DNA of 64,000 nt from Marivirga sp. (GTDB lineage: Bacteria > Bacteroidota > Bacteroidia > Cytophagales > Cyclobacteriaceae), in the NCBI RefSeq assembly GCF_051117495.1, contig NZ_JBNPEF010000017.1:45158-109157 (forward strand). The letters are read 5' to 3'. The translations under genes were made by a program, and so were the position numbers. Every line of letters starts with the position of its first letter. Position 1 is the first letter of the stretch. Shown piece after piece: positions 38,126 to 48,531 of the stretch. The notes under the pieces are model-generated. The model was not told the origin of the DNA. It did not search any database and saw only the letters and a program-made list of their open reading frames with translations.

Positions 38126-39985
38126 TTAAATTCCTTTTACAAATTCCGCAAATACCTCCTTATGCTTTTCCAAATCTAAATCACCCGATACGGATACTCT
38201 GGCAATATAATCTTTATCCTCTTCTTTGGTAGTTCCTTGTGTGGAAGTAGCAGGAATGGTCCAATAACAACCTTTTAACTGACCATAACTCACACAATAT
38301 TTACTTTCATTCGGAATCTCAGTAATCATCATGTCAATGAGCTTTTGGTTTAAAGCCCTTTTATAATTTTCTCTTTCTTCATCAGAATTTCCTTTAGTTG
38401 GCAAATCCAATGAAAAAACAGAAGGGGTAAATCCAGCTTCTGCCAGTTCTTCCGATACGAAATTGATTTTAGCGCTAGGTAAAGTTTTTTGAATAAAACT
38501 AACAAACTCTCTGGTGTTTTTGTAAGCATCCGCAATTCTTTGATTCATAGAGGGTAATTGCTCGGCTAAAATTTCAGTTTGCAATGGTGTTGCCTCATTA
38601 TCACAAAGAATAATGTGCTTCTCAATTTTATCCATTAGGGAAGATGCTTTTTTATTTGCCGTGACATAGCCCGCAGTACATTTCCCTCCACTTGGGAATT
38701 TGGATCCACTTACATAAGAAATAGTCTGGATTTCTGACAAAATACTAGAGTCGCTTAAAAATTGGATATTAGGGCAGAAGGTTTGGTCCAAAATGAAAAC
38801 AGGATCAACAGCCTTTTCCCCATTTGGTGTTTTTCTTTCTTTACTTAAAGATTTTCTCAAAGCCTCCATATCAGGCACTTCCACTCTAGGGTTGGTCGGA
38901 ATTTCAGCTATAATCAATGGAACAGCATCCAACTTAGCTACATCATCCAATACTTTATCTGTTGATTGCACCATGTCATTGTCGCCATCAACCGGAAGAT
39001 CCATAATTTCAACATTGTCCAAACAAGCGGCAACTCTTCTGGCCTGATCGTTAGTTCCTCCATAACAATTCGGAGGCACAATAATTTTGATGGCTTTTCC
39101 TTTATGGTTTTCCATAGCATCTTCAATAAGTCCCATCATGATGGCATACTGAACCGATAGTCCACAAGAGCCTAATAGTGCTTTGGTATCAACAGCAGTA
39201 ATTTTCCTTACCGTATCCAATACTTTAGCTTTATTGCTTTCGTAATTAGAAACTGCATCTTCAGAAACCGACTTCCCTGTCATTTGCTGCAATAATGCAT
39301 AGCAATTTTGAGGAGTCATAGCAATAGTTTCCCTTCTCCTTACATGTTGAATAGGAGAAATATAGCTTTCATTCAATTTACCATTAACCAATAAAATACT
39401 TCCTAGCTTTCCCTGTGTGCTAATGAAAAAATCAATGTTTTGTTGTAAAGAAATACTATTTAAATCATCCTCTTGAGAGATGAAAATAGTACTTCCGTCA
39501 AATTCGCCAACTTCTTCTAAATCATTAACTTTTTTCAGTTCGAAATGATAGCCATAAACACGCTTTATGGTTTCTTCATTAAAGGCGTCAGGTAGATTGT
39601 CAACATATATAATTCGAGTATTTTTATTATCAAATAAATTAGTTCTCAAAATGGCCAAAATCGGAATTATTTTGGAAGAAAAAGCAATGACGCTATCTGG
39701 CTTTAAACCATTTTGTTTGGCAATAGTCCATTCCAAAACAGTGGACAATGGATGTCCTAAGCGAATATAATCATAAGCAGTAGGCAGTTCACTAAGTGTC
39801 GATTTTTCAGCAACTTGAGAATCATATAAAGCCTCAAATTTTTCCAGAAATTCAGTTTTAGCCAAATCCTCATTGTAGATATCCAATCGGTGGGTTGTGA
39901 GTTTCAACCAATCGGTTGGAGTGTTTTCGATTACTTTCTTTGTATAATTGAGTGTTTTATTGTCTTCCATAATAAGTAAATGCAA
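38126..39985 (-). CDS. Large PLP-dependent Cys/Met-metabolism enzyme (cystathionine lyase/synthase-like)
   Basis: YDYIRLGHP, NCYGGT, AEIPTNP, LDQT and SGSKFPSGG (PLP-lysine motif). Likely start ATG 39967 (MEDN). Confidence 0.8.
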   Translation of the reverse strand: MHLLIMEDNKTLNYTKKVIENTPTDWLKLTTHRLDIYNEDLAKTEFLEKFEALYDSQVAEKSTLSELPTAYDYIRLGHPLSTVLEWTIAKQNGLKPDSVIAFSSKIIPILAILRTNLFDNKNTRIIYVDNLPDAFNEETIKRVYGYHFELKKVNDLEEVGEFDGSTIFISQEDDLNSISLQQNIDFFISTQGKLGSILLVNGKLNESYISPIQHVRRRETIAMTPQNCYALLQQMTGKSVSEDAVSNYESNKAKVLDTVRKITAVDTKALLGSCGLSVQYAIMMGLIEDAMENHKGKAIKIIVPPNCYGGTNDQARRVAACLDNVEIMDLPVDGDNDMVQSTDKVLDDVAKLDAVPLIIAEIPTNPRVEVPDMEALRKSLSKERKTPNGEKAVDPVFILDQTFCPNIQFLSDSSILSEIQTISYVSGSKFPSGGKCTAGYVTANKKASSLMDKIEKHIILCDNEATPLQTEILAEQLPSMNQRIADAYKNTREFVSFIQKTLPSAKINFVSEELAEAGFTPSVFSLDLPTKGNSDEERENYKRALNQKLIDMMITEIPNESKYCVSYGQLKGCYWTIPATSTQGTTKEEDKDYIARVSVSGDLDLEKHKEVFAEFVKGI

Positions 39986-40005
39986 TAAATAATAAAGTGT
40001 TTTTG

Positions 40006-40013
40006 CAAAGCTA
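40006..40013 (-). promoter_or_regulatory. Bacteroidota -7 promoter box (TAGCTTTG) for the PLP-enzyme gene
   Basis: Exact TAnnTTTG about 40 nt upstream of the likely start. Confidence 0.6.
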
Positions 40014-40076
40014 AGTAAATTTTAAACTTGGGCTTAATGATTTTAAAAAAGCATAAGTGGAAATTGGTGAAGTCAT

Positions 40077-40345
40077 GCGTTTGGAAACGCTTGCCCAATG
40101 TAGTTAATTTAAGCTTTTATCAAACCTCTTCCTTTTTTAATGTGACAGGGCGTATGCTGTGCACCTTTGCCTCTGGTTGTGTCTCCACAACCAGATTGCA
40201 GAATATTGATTTGCTTTTCTCAATGCATTTGTGAAGACACAAATGCTAGCGGAAAAGAGCAATGGTTTGATTATCTGCATATGGAAATCCGAGCGTCATG
40301 CCAATGCAGAAGGGAATCTTGTCTTATTGAAACGCTGTTTCAATA
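40077..40345. repeat. Cluster of short palindromic REP-like units
   Basis: GCGTTT-GG-AAACGC 40077-40090; TCTGGTTGTG-TCTC-CACAACCAGA 40172-40195; GCATTTGTG-AAGA-CACAAATGC 40225-40246; TATTGAAAC-GCT-GTTTCAATA 40325-40345. Confidence 0.65.
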
Positions 40346-40653
40346 TTTGCTGTCTTTGACTCTTAACACGCTCATGCTTCTTTTTTGGTGCACTAGCTAT
40401 CTCCATAAACACCAATTTATATTTTAACCTTTGGTTAAAATCAATAGATCCCTTTCTTCAAAGGGATGAGACACGGAAAAAATCAAGTGGAAATCGTAAT
40501 AATTTTGATTATTAAATTTTAACTTTCTATTCGTCCTTAATTCATATAAACAGCATCAATTTTTTCAAAACAAAAAAGCACACAAGTCAATGCGTGCTTA
40601 AGTTTAAAATGGCAATAATTTCATGAGACACATTATTGCGTTATTTTAAACGG

Positions 40654-42102
40654 CTAATTTTCCTGAACTAATTCAAGTTCAGCGTATTCGTCTTCTAGTT
40701 TCAATAAATTAATATTTTGACCTATTAAATATTTATTAAAAAACTGCAGGACAAACTTTGAACTTATTCTAGATGCTTGCTCTGGTTTGATGGATCCTGC
40801 CTCATTGATAACTGGTATTCTAATCTTGTAGGGAATATCCATAAAGTTGGAATGACCAGCATTTAAAATTTTAGCTTGATAGAAATCATTAGCAGTACCA
40901 TTTCGAAAAATGTGTTTATTTAAATCAGGTTGATAAGCGTTATAATCCCAATCTGCAGAAAGTATAGCAAAGGGTTTTGTCAAAGTAGTATCAATCATGG
41001 CGCCCCATAGAATTCCGTCAATACTTATTCCTGCTTTTATTCTTTTATCATTCAATAACCCCTGACCTGCTGCTGTAGCGCCTTGCGAATGTCCGAACAC
41101 TCCAATTTTTGAGGTATTAATGTGTGTTGCGAAGAATGAAAAAGTATCTCCTTTTTCTAGAGCATCAATGACCATAGAAATATCATTGCTCCAGCGCAAT
41201 CCGATATCTCCGGCTACATAATCTCGAATGAGATCCTTAACAGCAGCATACTCTTCTTCATTAGTTTTAGCTTTTTCCAATTCTTGCGTGGCTGACCAAG
41301 TCATTGCAGACATTTTTTCATCAAGTTGGATTTTTTCAAATTCCTTACTATACAATTTAATTTCTCCGTCAGGAAAAAGCGAACCCACACTTTCATAAGT
41401 ATGATTAATATTCAATACAATATAGCCATGACTTACTATATCCTCTAATATTGCATAGTATCCGGTAGCATTAGATTGGTGTCCATGAGAAAAAATAAGA
41501 ACAGGAAATTTTCCTTCTGCCACATCGGGCTTTTTAAAAGTATTGGTTTCTACATGATCCAAATAATTAAAGATGCCTTTTGGAGCTCCATATTTAGTGC
41601 TAAACCCAATTCTCTCTGCATCATTCAGATAAACTTCCTTTTCTTCATTATTGATTTTAGCAGGATACCAAACTTTAACCATCAGCTCCCTTTTATCTCC
41701 TGCTTCTAGTGTAATGGTTTCCTCCTCATCTGTAATTAAATGAACATCTTGAGCACCGACTTTATATTTTCCTGATGGCGTTGGCAAATCAAATACTGGT
41801 AGAATATAAGGCAAAACCCAAGCAAAAATTATCAAAATTGCGAATCCAATTCCGGTTATTATTTTTCTAAACAATCCTCCTTTGAAAAAGGAATACTCTT
41901 TAAAAATGCACCATGTTAGGATTAGGATAAGTAAATAGGAGGGAATCATTTGCCATCTGAATCCTTCGAAAATCAGATGAATAAGAAATACAATTCCGAT
42001 AAATACTAAAGCACTTTTCTTATTAAGTGAGTAGTTTTTTATTGAAATGTAAATTGGAAAAACGGTTACAATTAATAATAGTATGATTTCTATGATTCTC
42101 AT
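40654..42102 (-). CDS. Membrane-anchored alpha/beta hydrolase (PAF-acetylhydrolase-like esterase)
   Basis: N-terminal TMs, LPTPSGKYKVG, VKVWYP, FPVLIFSHG, GHSQG nucleophile elbow and GHSNFMD. Confidence 0.85.
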   Translation of the reverse strand: MRIIEIILLLIVTVFPIYISIKNYSLNKKSALVFIGIVFLIHLIFEGFRWQMIPSYLLILILTWCIFKEYSFFKGGLFRKIITGIGFAILIIFAWVLPYILPVFDLPTPSGKYKVGAQDVHLITDEEETITLEAGDKRELMVKVWYPAKINNEEKEVYLNDAERIGFSTKYGAPKGIFNYLDHVETNTFKKPDVAEGKFPVLIFSHGHQSNATGYYAILEDIVSHGYIVLNINHTYESVGSLFPDGEIKLYSKEFEKIQLDEKMSAMTWSATQELEKAKTNEEEYAAVKDLIRDYVAGDIGLRWSNDISMVIDALEKGDTFSFFATHINTSKIGVFGHSQGATAAGQGLLNDKRIKAGISIDGILWGAMIDTTLTKPFAILSADWDYNAYQPDLNKHIFRNGTANDFYQAKILNAGHSNFMDIPYKIRIPVINEAGSIKPEQASRISSKFVLQFFNKYLIGQNINLLKLEDEYAELELVQEN

Positions 42103-42237
42103 AAGTTCTCTTGATTAAAAAGATATTTGAATAATTATTTCTTTGATATAATGTATTAAATAGGATGTCTGAAGTTTACCAAAATGATCAGAAATGACAT
42201 CATTAGAGATGCCAAATCTGACCACTATGAATACACC

Positions 42238-42597
42238 TTATTTTTGAGAGAATTGAAAGCCAATTTTGAATAGCTTGGCCAGAAGAAAAATAAAGAACCC
42301 GTACAGAGTGGTATAAGAGGATACCTTCAACCCACCTGCTAGGAGCGCTTGGGAAACCTCTCCCACTTGTTCAATAGCTTGGAAAGCACCTACCAAGCCT
42401 ACTAATTGACCTAAAATGCCGAATACTAAAGCAAATAGTGCAATCTCTTGCGAAATTTTCAGCCATTTTTTAGCTTTTGGTTGATCCGCCTTATTTTTAA
42501 TTACTAAAACGGAAGTAGCAATTACCCCAACTAATAGAAAGAATAATATCCCCATAAATAAGATCCCTCCCTCAACATGAATTTCAATAATGTTCAT
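42238..42597 (-). CDS. Short MotA/TolQ/ExbB proton-channel-family protein
   Basis: ALVFGILGQLVGLVGAFQAI...LAGGLKVSSYTTLYG; 119 aa with three TMs. Confidence 0.8.
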   Translation of the reverse strand: MNIIEIHVEGGILFMGILFFLLVGVIATSVLVIKNKADQPKAKKWLKISQEIALFALVFGILGQLVGLVGAFQAIEQVGEVSQALLAGGLKVSSYTTLYGFFIFLLAKLFKIGFQFSQK

Positions 42598-42794
42598 AAC
42601 TTTTGTTTTTTGGTGATGTACAATGCTATAACCTTTTCAGCTAATAATTTTTAAATATCGATAACTGACATTTTTCTAAAGGTAGAAAACATAAATGCAG
42701 TATTGGAAGGTATATTTTGCATTCTGCCTACTTAAAGCAGTATTTGGTCGATAATAAATGCTTCTTATCTGAACTTGATTAAATTTACCTTCTA

Positions 42795-43808
42795 ATGAAG
42801 CAAAACTATTTATACCATATTCTTTTTTGGCTCCTATCATTTGTGCTCTGCGCTTTTCTGCTTAGTTATGATAACAATTGGAAAGAGGCATTACTACTAG
42901 CCATAATTTATTTGCCCATCACTATAGTTTCCGCTTATTTAATCTCCAATTATTTAATTCCTACCTATTTATTGAAGGGTAGAAAAGGAAGGTTTGTAGT
43001 TTACGTCATCTATCTTATTATCTCAGCCATTTTCTTAACATTGCTTATCAACACTCTAGTTTTCATCTTGATAGCGGATCTTCAGTATAATTTGATGCCA
43101 CCCGCCACTCGGGATCTGGCTATTCTGAATACCGTATTATTTTTAATAGTATTTCTTTTTGTAGCCATCAATAGCATAGAAAAATGGAGAAAAACCGAAA
43201 ATGAGAAGAATGAGGCAATCAAAAATATGGCAGAAGCAGAGCTTCGGTTTTTGAAAAGTCAGCTGAACCCGCATTTCTTATTCAATACTATGAATAATTT
43301 ATATGCACTTAGTTTGAAGAAATCTGATAAAGCTCCTGAAATGATCTTACGCCTCAGTGCCTTGCTTGAATATATATTGGAAAACAGCAAAAAAGATCTC
43401 ATCAAGTTATCCGATGAAATCAAGACTTTGGAAGATTACATTTATGTGGAAAGCTTTCGCTTTGGCGATAGATTGGTAATTGAAAAAAGCATTCAAGTTC
43501 AAAATACTGAAATTATTATAATCCCACCATTGATTTTGATTACTTTAATGGAAAATTGCTTTAAGCATGCGGGCAAAAACAATATAGAAAAATTGTCTAT
43601 AAACTATTCACTACAGGAAACTGATGATAAATTAAAAATCTCGTTTTCCAATAATTTTATAGAAGGCGAGCATAATCCAAAAGCCATCGGGCTCAAAAAT
43701 ATCGAAAGCCAATTATCCTATATTTATAAACAAGATTATGAGTTGAGAAAGACTGTGGAAAACGGAATCTTTAAAATTGAAATCACTATTCCTATAAAAA
43801 GAAAATGA
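42795..43808 (+). CDS. LytS/YehU-type sensor histidine kinase
   Basis: N-terminal TMs; ELRFLKSQLNPHFLFNTMNNLY; PLILITLMENCFKH; IGLKNI..QL. Confidence 0.92.
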   Translation: MKQNYLYHILFWLLSFVLCAFLLSYDNNWKEALLLAIIYLPITIVSAYLISNYLIPTYLLKGRKGRFVVYVIYLIISAIFLTLLINTLVFILIADLQYNLMPPATRDLAILNTVLFLIVFLFVAINSIEKWRKTENEKNEAIKNMAEAELRFLKSQLNPHFLFNTMNNLYALSLKKSDKAPEMILRLSALLEYILENSKKDLIKLSDEIKTLEDYIYVESFRFGDRLVIEKSIQVQNTEIIIIPPLILITLMENCFKHAGKNNIEKLSINYSLQETDDKLKISFSNNFIEGEHNPKAIGLKNIESQLSYIYKQDYELRKTVENGIFKIEITIPIKRK

Positions 43809-43809
43809 T

Positions 43810-44487
43810 TTGAAAACCTGGAAATGTATCATAGCAGATGATGAGCCTTTAGCGCGAGAATTGATAAGCGATTACGTAGCTCAAGTTCCCTTTCTGGAAT
43901 TGAAAGGAGTGTTCAGCAATGCTTGGGAAGTGCGGGATTTTCTACAGAAAAATTCGGTTGATTTATTATTTATCGATATCGAAATGCCTGGATTGGATGG
44001 ACTGACTTTTATCAAAAGCTACAATGTTCAGCCAAAAGTAATTTTCATAACAGCGCATAGAAAATATGCAGTGGAGGCGTTTGAAGTAAAAGCACTAGAT
44101 TATCTGCTCAAGCCAATTTCTTTTGAGCGATTCCTGAAATCTGTAAATGCGTTGGATACCAAATCCACTGAAGAAGTTCAAAAAGCAAATCATATATTTA
44201 TCTCCATAGATCGGCAACAACAAAAAGTTCTATTAGATGAAATTTTATATATAGAAGCAAAAGGAGATTATCTGAGGTTTGTTTTGGAAGATGAAAAACC
44301 GCTAGTCAGCAAAATGACTTTGAAATCCATTCTTGACCAATTGCCTGATAATTTCACCCAAATCCATCGCTCTTTTATAGTTAACCAAAATAAAATATCT
44401 GCTTTTCAGAAAGATAAGGTTAAAATTGGCGAAGAGTGGTTGACAATTTCAAGGTCATTTAGGGGAGACGTAAATTTTGACGGTTAA
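43810..44487 (+). CDS. LytTR-family response regulator
   Basis: REC domain (IADDEPLA, LFIDIEMP, FITAH, DYLLKP) plus LytTR domain (ILYIEA.GDY, FTQIHRSFIVN). Confidence 0.93.
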   Translation: MKTWKCIIADDEPLARELISDYVAQVPFLELKGVFSNAWEVRDFLQKNSVDLLFIDIEMPGLDGLTFIKSYNVQPKVIFITAHRKYAVEAFEVKALDYLLKPISFERFLKSVNALDTKSTEEVQKANHIFISIDRQQQKVLLDEILYIEAKGDYLRFVLEDEKPLVSKMTLKSILDQLPDNFTQIHRSFIVNQNKISAFQKDKVKIGEEWLTISRSFRGDVNFDG

Positions 44488-44489
44488 AT

Positions 44490-44525
44490 AAATGTAGAGA
44501 CGCGATGCATCACGTCTCTACATTT
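44490..44525. repeat. REP palindrome AAATGTAGAGACGCGATGCATCACGTCTCTACATTT; likely bidirectional terminator
   Basis: Near-perfect hairpin filling the 40-nt gap between convergent LytTR and fhs genes. Confidence 0.75.
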
Positions 44526-44527
44526 AT

Positions 44528-46195
44528 TTAAAACAACCCCGTAATTCTACCCTCCTCATTTACATCAATTTGTTCTGATGCAGGATGTGACGGCAACCCA
44601 GGCATGCGCATAATAGTTCCGGTTATCGGAATAATAAATCCTGCTCCAGCAGCAATTTCTATTTCTCGAACGGTGATGACGAAATCTTTTGGTCTTCCTA
44701 ACAGCTTTGGATTATCGGATAGTGATTTTTCGGTTTTAGCCATGCAGATCGGAAGATTGCTCAAACCTAAGTTTTCAATTCTTCGCAAATCTGTCATTGC
44801 TTTGGCTGCATATTCAACTCTTGTAGCTCCATAAATTTCCTGAGCTATTTTGCTTATTTTATCCAAAACCGGACTGTTCCAATCATATAAAGGTTTGAAG
44901 TTTGACAGCTCCGCATTAACGGAGTCGATTACGAGTTGTGCTAATTCCAAAGCTCCTTTTCCTCCATTTGCCCAAACATCTACAACAGCGGCTTGAATAT
45001 TTTTCAACCTGGCAAATTCTAAAACAGCTGCAATTTCCTCTTCTGAATCTGTATTGAATTTATTGATGGCAATAATCGGAGTGATACCGAATTTCTGTAC
45101 ATTTTCTATATGCTTTTCCAGATTTGGGAATCCATTTTTTAATTGTGCTACATTCGGCTCTTTAAGCGCTGACAATTCTGCTCCTCCATGATATTTCAGT
45201 GCGCGAATGGTGGTGGTCAATACTACCACTTTTGGTTTTAAGTTCGCACTCTGACATTTAATATCTAAGAATTTTTCACCGCCCAAATCAAAGCCAAAGC
45301 CTGCTTCTGTTACCGTATAATCTGATAATGACATTCCCATTTTGGTAGCTATTACCGTATTGGTTCCTTGCGCAATATTGGCAAAAGGTCCTCCATGAAT
45401 AATAGCCGGATTTCCTTCAATTGTTTGAACCAGATTGGGCTTGATGGCATCTTTAAGCAAAGCGGTCATAGCACCTTCTGCTTTCAAATCCCTAGCATAA
45501 ATAGGCTTTTTATCAAAAGTATAGCCTACAAAAATATTTCCTAGTCGATTTTTAAGGTCTATTAAATCAGAAGATAGACAGAGAATCGCCATGATTTCTG
45601 AAGCTGCTGTAATGTCGAAACCCGTTTCTCTTGGGATTCCATTGGTTGTGCCGCCAAGTCCGACTACAATGTTTCTTAAAGCACGATCATTTAAATCCAT
45701 TACGCGCTTCCAGGCAATTGTCCGTGGATCAATCCCCAAAGAATTGGTCTTGCTTTGAAGATTGTTATCGATTATAGCCGACAGTAAATTATTAGCTTTT
45801 TCTATAGCTGAGAAATCTCCAGTAAAGTGCAGGTTAATATCTTCCATAGGAAGAACCTGCGCATTACCTCCACCAGTCGCGCCTCCTTTCATTCCAAAAA
45901 CAGGCCCAAGTGATGGCTCTCGTAAAACCACTGTGGTCTTCTTTCCCAACTGATTTAAGCCTTCTGAAAGACCGATTGACATGGTTGTTTTGCCTTCACC
46001 TCCAGGTGTGGGGGAAATAGCTGAAACTAGAATCAAATTGCTTTGATCAATCTTAGTTTCATCAATTATATTGAGTGGAAGCTTGGCTTTGTATTTACCA
46101 TACATTTCAAGGTCATCCGCTACAATTCCTAATTTTTGGGCAATTTCTTGTATAGGCTTTAATTTGCTTTTGTTGGCTATTTCTAAATCTGTCAT
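44528..46195 (-). CDS. fhs: Formate--tetrahydrofolate ligase
   Basis: YGKYKAK, PTPGGEGKTT, REPSLGPVFGMKGGATGGG, HGGPFANIAQG, TEAGFG, CMAKT, MRMPGLP. Start MTDL at 46195. Confidence 0.97.
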   Translation of the reverse strand: MTDLEIANKSKLKPIQEIAQKLGIVADDLEMYGKYKAKLPLNIIDETKIDQSNLILVSAISPTPGGEGKTTMSIGLSEGLNQLGKKTTVVLREPSLGPVFGMKGGATGGGNAQVLPMEDINLHFTGDFSAIEKANNLLSAIIDNNLQSKTNSLGIDPRTIAWKRVMDLNDRALRNIVVGLGGTTNGIPRETGFDITAASEIMAILCLSSDLIDLKNRLGNIFVGYTFDKKPIYARDLKAEGAMTALLKDAIKPNLVQTIEGNPAIIHGGPFANIAQGTNTVIATKMGMSLSDYTVTEAGFGFDLGGEKFLDIKCQSANLKPKVVVLTTTIRALKYHGGAELSALKEPNVAQLKNGFPNLEKHIENVQKFGITPIIAINKFNTDSEEEIAAVLEFARLKNIQAAVVDVWANGGKGALELAQLVIDSVNAELSNFKPLYDWNSPVLDKISKIAQEIYGATRVEYAAKAMTDLRRIENLGLSNLPICMAKTEKSLSDNPKLLGRPKDFVITVREIEIAAGAGFIIPITGTIMRMPGLPSHPASEQIDVNEEGRITGLF

Positions 46196-46252
46196 GGTCT
46201 TATTTTTGAGCATAAATGTACTACACATAAAGGTTAAAAAGGCTGATGGATA

Positions 46253-47329
46253 TCAGTTTAATTGTTGATTTTGTTCGGATTGAATTTTCTCAAATACTTG
46301 CTTAAAAGCATTTTCACCTGCTTCCACTGCTCCATCCATATAGCCTGGATATCTACTAGCGCTTTCCGAAGATGATATGATTAATTGATGGTTAAAAATG
46401 AGTTTTCTGAAAATAGGGTGTCCATTATTTTGATGCGGTGGCATGAAAATATCTTTCGGCCATTTCACTAGATCATCTTCTGACCAGACGTATTCATGGT
46501 AGCTCAAAGCATCTAGCGCCTTTTCACCTAAAATTGTTGATAACTGTTGAAGGACTAATCTCTCTCGTTCCTCTTTTTCAATCTCTTTAAATGCAGGATT
46601 TAAAAATCCACATAGTGCAAATTTACTTTCTTGCTGATTAGAGTGATCGTAGCATTCAACGAAGGGGCCGTAATTACTCATAATAGTGGATGGATGCTGA
46701 TCTTCTCGCCAAAAAGGAGTCTTAAATTCTACAGCTGCTTTAATGGAATCTTCCATCCAGGTTTGTGTGTTTTTTGCAATTTCGGTGAGTTCTTTAGGAA
46801 GTTGAGGGTCAAATTGGATTTGATGCACCCAAATTTTAGGAGCTAAAGCAATGATGACCTGATCCGCTTCAATATTTTCTTTGTTATTTATTTTTAAAAC
46901 TAACTTTTCATCAAGCCTTTTTATGCCTTCCACTTTGTGCTTGGTCAAAATATTATTATCACCAATTTCTTCTAACAGTTTGTTGATAAGACGAACACTT
47001 CCTCCAGCTATTCTATAGCTAGGTTCCTGCTGAGGAAATTTATATTTTCCATGATGAGGTGAATTTTGGTCATCGTAATAATAAAATTGGCCTTGAAATT
47101 GCGGAAATGCAGCTATTTCTAATTCATTCAAGAGTTTTATTAAGTTTTGGTGTTGATTCCCAAACCAAGTTGCCCCCATTTCGATAGGAGTATCATTATC
47201 AGTGATTTTGGTGATTATTCTACCGCCAATTTTGTCTTTAGACTCTAAAATCTTAAAAGGTATTTTAGCTAGCTTTAATCTATATCCTGTCACTAAACCT
47301 GATAAACCAGCACCTACAATAATAATCAT
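46253..47329 (-). CDS. Flavin monoamine oxidase family protein
   Basis: IIVGAGLSGL, IGGRI, EMGATW and GYMDGAVEAG. Confidence 0.88.
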   Translation of the reverse strand: MIIIVGAGLSGLVTGYRLKLAKIPFKILESKDKIGGRIITKITDNDTPIEMGATWFGNQHQNLIKLLNELEIAAFPQFQGQFYYYDDQNSPHHGKYKFPQQEPSYRIAGGSVRLINKLLEEIGDNNILTKHKVEGIKRLDEKLVLKINNKENIEADQVIIALAPKIWVHQIQFDPQLPKELTEIAKNTQTWMEDSIKAAVEFKTPFWREDQHPSTIMSNYGPFVECYDHSNQQESKFALCGFLNPAFKEIEKEERERLVLQQLSTILGEKALDALSYHEYVWSEDDLVKWPKDIFMPPHQNNGHPIFRKLIFNHQLIISSSESASRYPGYMDGAVEAGENAFKQVFEKIQSEQNQQLN

Positions 47330-47439
47330 ATCCTAATATAGAGCTTAAGTTTTACAAAAAGGAAACCACTTAATTTCCTTTATGTTTAAAGCCATGAAAT
47401 TCCTCAACTATTTCTCTCAAATTTAGTTGTGTTAGGAAT

Positions 47440-48258
47440 ATGATAAATACAAAAACCATCGCCATTACAGGAGCCACTTCAGGAATTGGATTAGCTACTT
47501 CTGAAGAATTATTGAAAAAAGGACATCATTTAATATTCTTAGTCCGCAATACGGAGAAAGCCCAAGAGGTAATTGCCAATTGGGATAAAAAAGAAAATGT
47601 CAGCATTATCAAATGTGATTTGGCAGATTTGAAATCAGTAAGAAAAGCTGGTGAAGAACTCTTGCAGAAAGCAGAAAAACTAGATGTGTTAATCAATAAT
47701 GCAGGAGGAACTTTCAATGAGCGTTTGGAAAGCAAAGACGGCTTTGAATTGCATTTAGCCGTAAACCACTTAGGACATTTTTTATTGACCAAAATATTAA
47801 TGCCATTATTAGAAAAGAGCAATACCAAGGTAATTAATGTAAGCTCAGAAGCCCACAGAGCAGGAAAACCAGACTGGTCTGATTTGAATTTAAAGAAAAA
47901 ATATTCCACCATAGCGGGATATGGCAATGCTAAATTATACAATGTGCTCTTTACCAAATCATTAGCTGATAAAGGATTGACTTCTTACGCACTTCATCCT
48001 GGAGTAATTGATTCAGGTTTTGGAGATTCATTACCAGGCTTTTTTAAATTGATGTGGAAATTAGGGAAACCATTTATGAAAACCACTCGAGAAGGAGCTT
48101 CCACCTCTATCTATTTGGCAACTAATGATTTGCCGACCGATAAAAACGGGGCATATTTTAAAGATAAGAAAGTGAATAAAGCTTCTTCCTTAGCCAACAG
48201 TCAAGCTGCAAGAGATAGACTTTGGGAAGAAAGTGAGAAGATGGTGGAGGGGTTTTGA
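47440..48258 (+). CDS. Short-chain dehydrogenase/reductase (retinol dehydrogenase-like)
   Basis: ITGATSGIG, INNAG, VNHLGHF, YGNAK (YxxxK) and LHPG. Confidence 0.92.
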   Translation: MINTKTIAITGATSGIGLATSEELLKKGHHLIFLVRNTEKAQEVIANWDKKENVSIIKCDLADLKSVRKAGEELLQKAEKLDVLINNAGGTFNERLESKDGFELHLAVNHLGHFLLTKILMPLLEKSNTKVINVSSEAHRAGKPDWSDLNLKKKYSTIAGYGNAKLYNVLFTKSLADKGLTSYALHPGVIDSGFGDSLPGFFKLMWKLGKPFMKTTREGASTSIYLATNDLPTDKNGAYFKDKKVNKASSLANSQAARDRLWEESEKMVEGF

Positions 48259-48400
48259 TTATCATCATGCAATAAGAGCGATCTCAATTCATATTTAGTA
48301 GACCTGACCAATATTACTTTTTCTAATTTATTTCACATAAAATCTTCGAAGAAAAATGAGCCAAATTATTCATTTTCTCTAATGTAAATCTGTGAGAACT

Positions 48401-48428
48401 ATCCCCTTGAGGGGATTATAGGGGTGTC
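48401..48428. repeat. CCCCT...AGGGG-type REP-like unit
   Basis: ATCCCCTTGAGGGGATTATAGGGGTGT; related units near 52261, 62866 and 63018. Confidence 0.5.
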
Positions 48429-48531
48429 GGATAGCCGCAAATAGGTTAATCTACGTTTCAAAAAATGTAGATAATTAGAAATAACTGTAAGCAAATAATA
48501 TCTTTAAGGTGAAATTTGATATTAGAACTTC

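Noticed and set aside
39986-40350. SAM or other riboswitch upstream of the Cys/Met PLP enzyme
   Set aside because: A consensus -7 box lies about 40 nt from the start, leaving no room for a leader, and no SAM-I/II core was recognised in the upstream hairpins.
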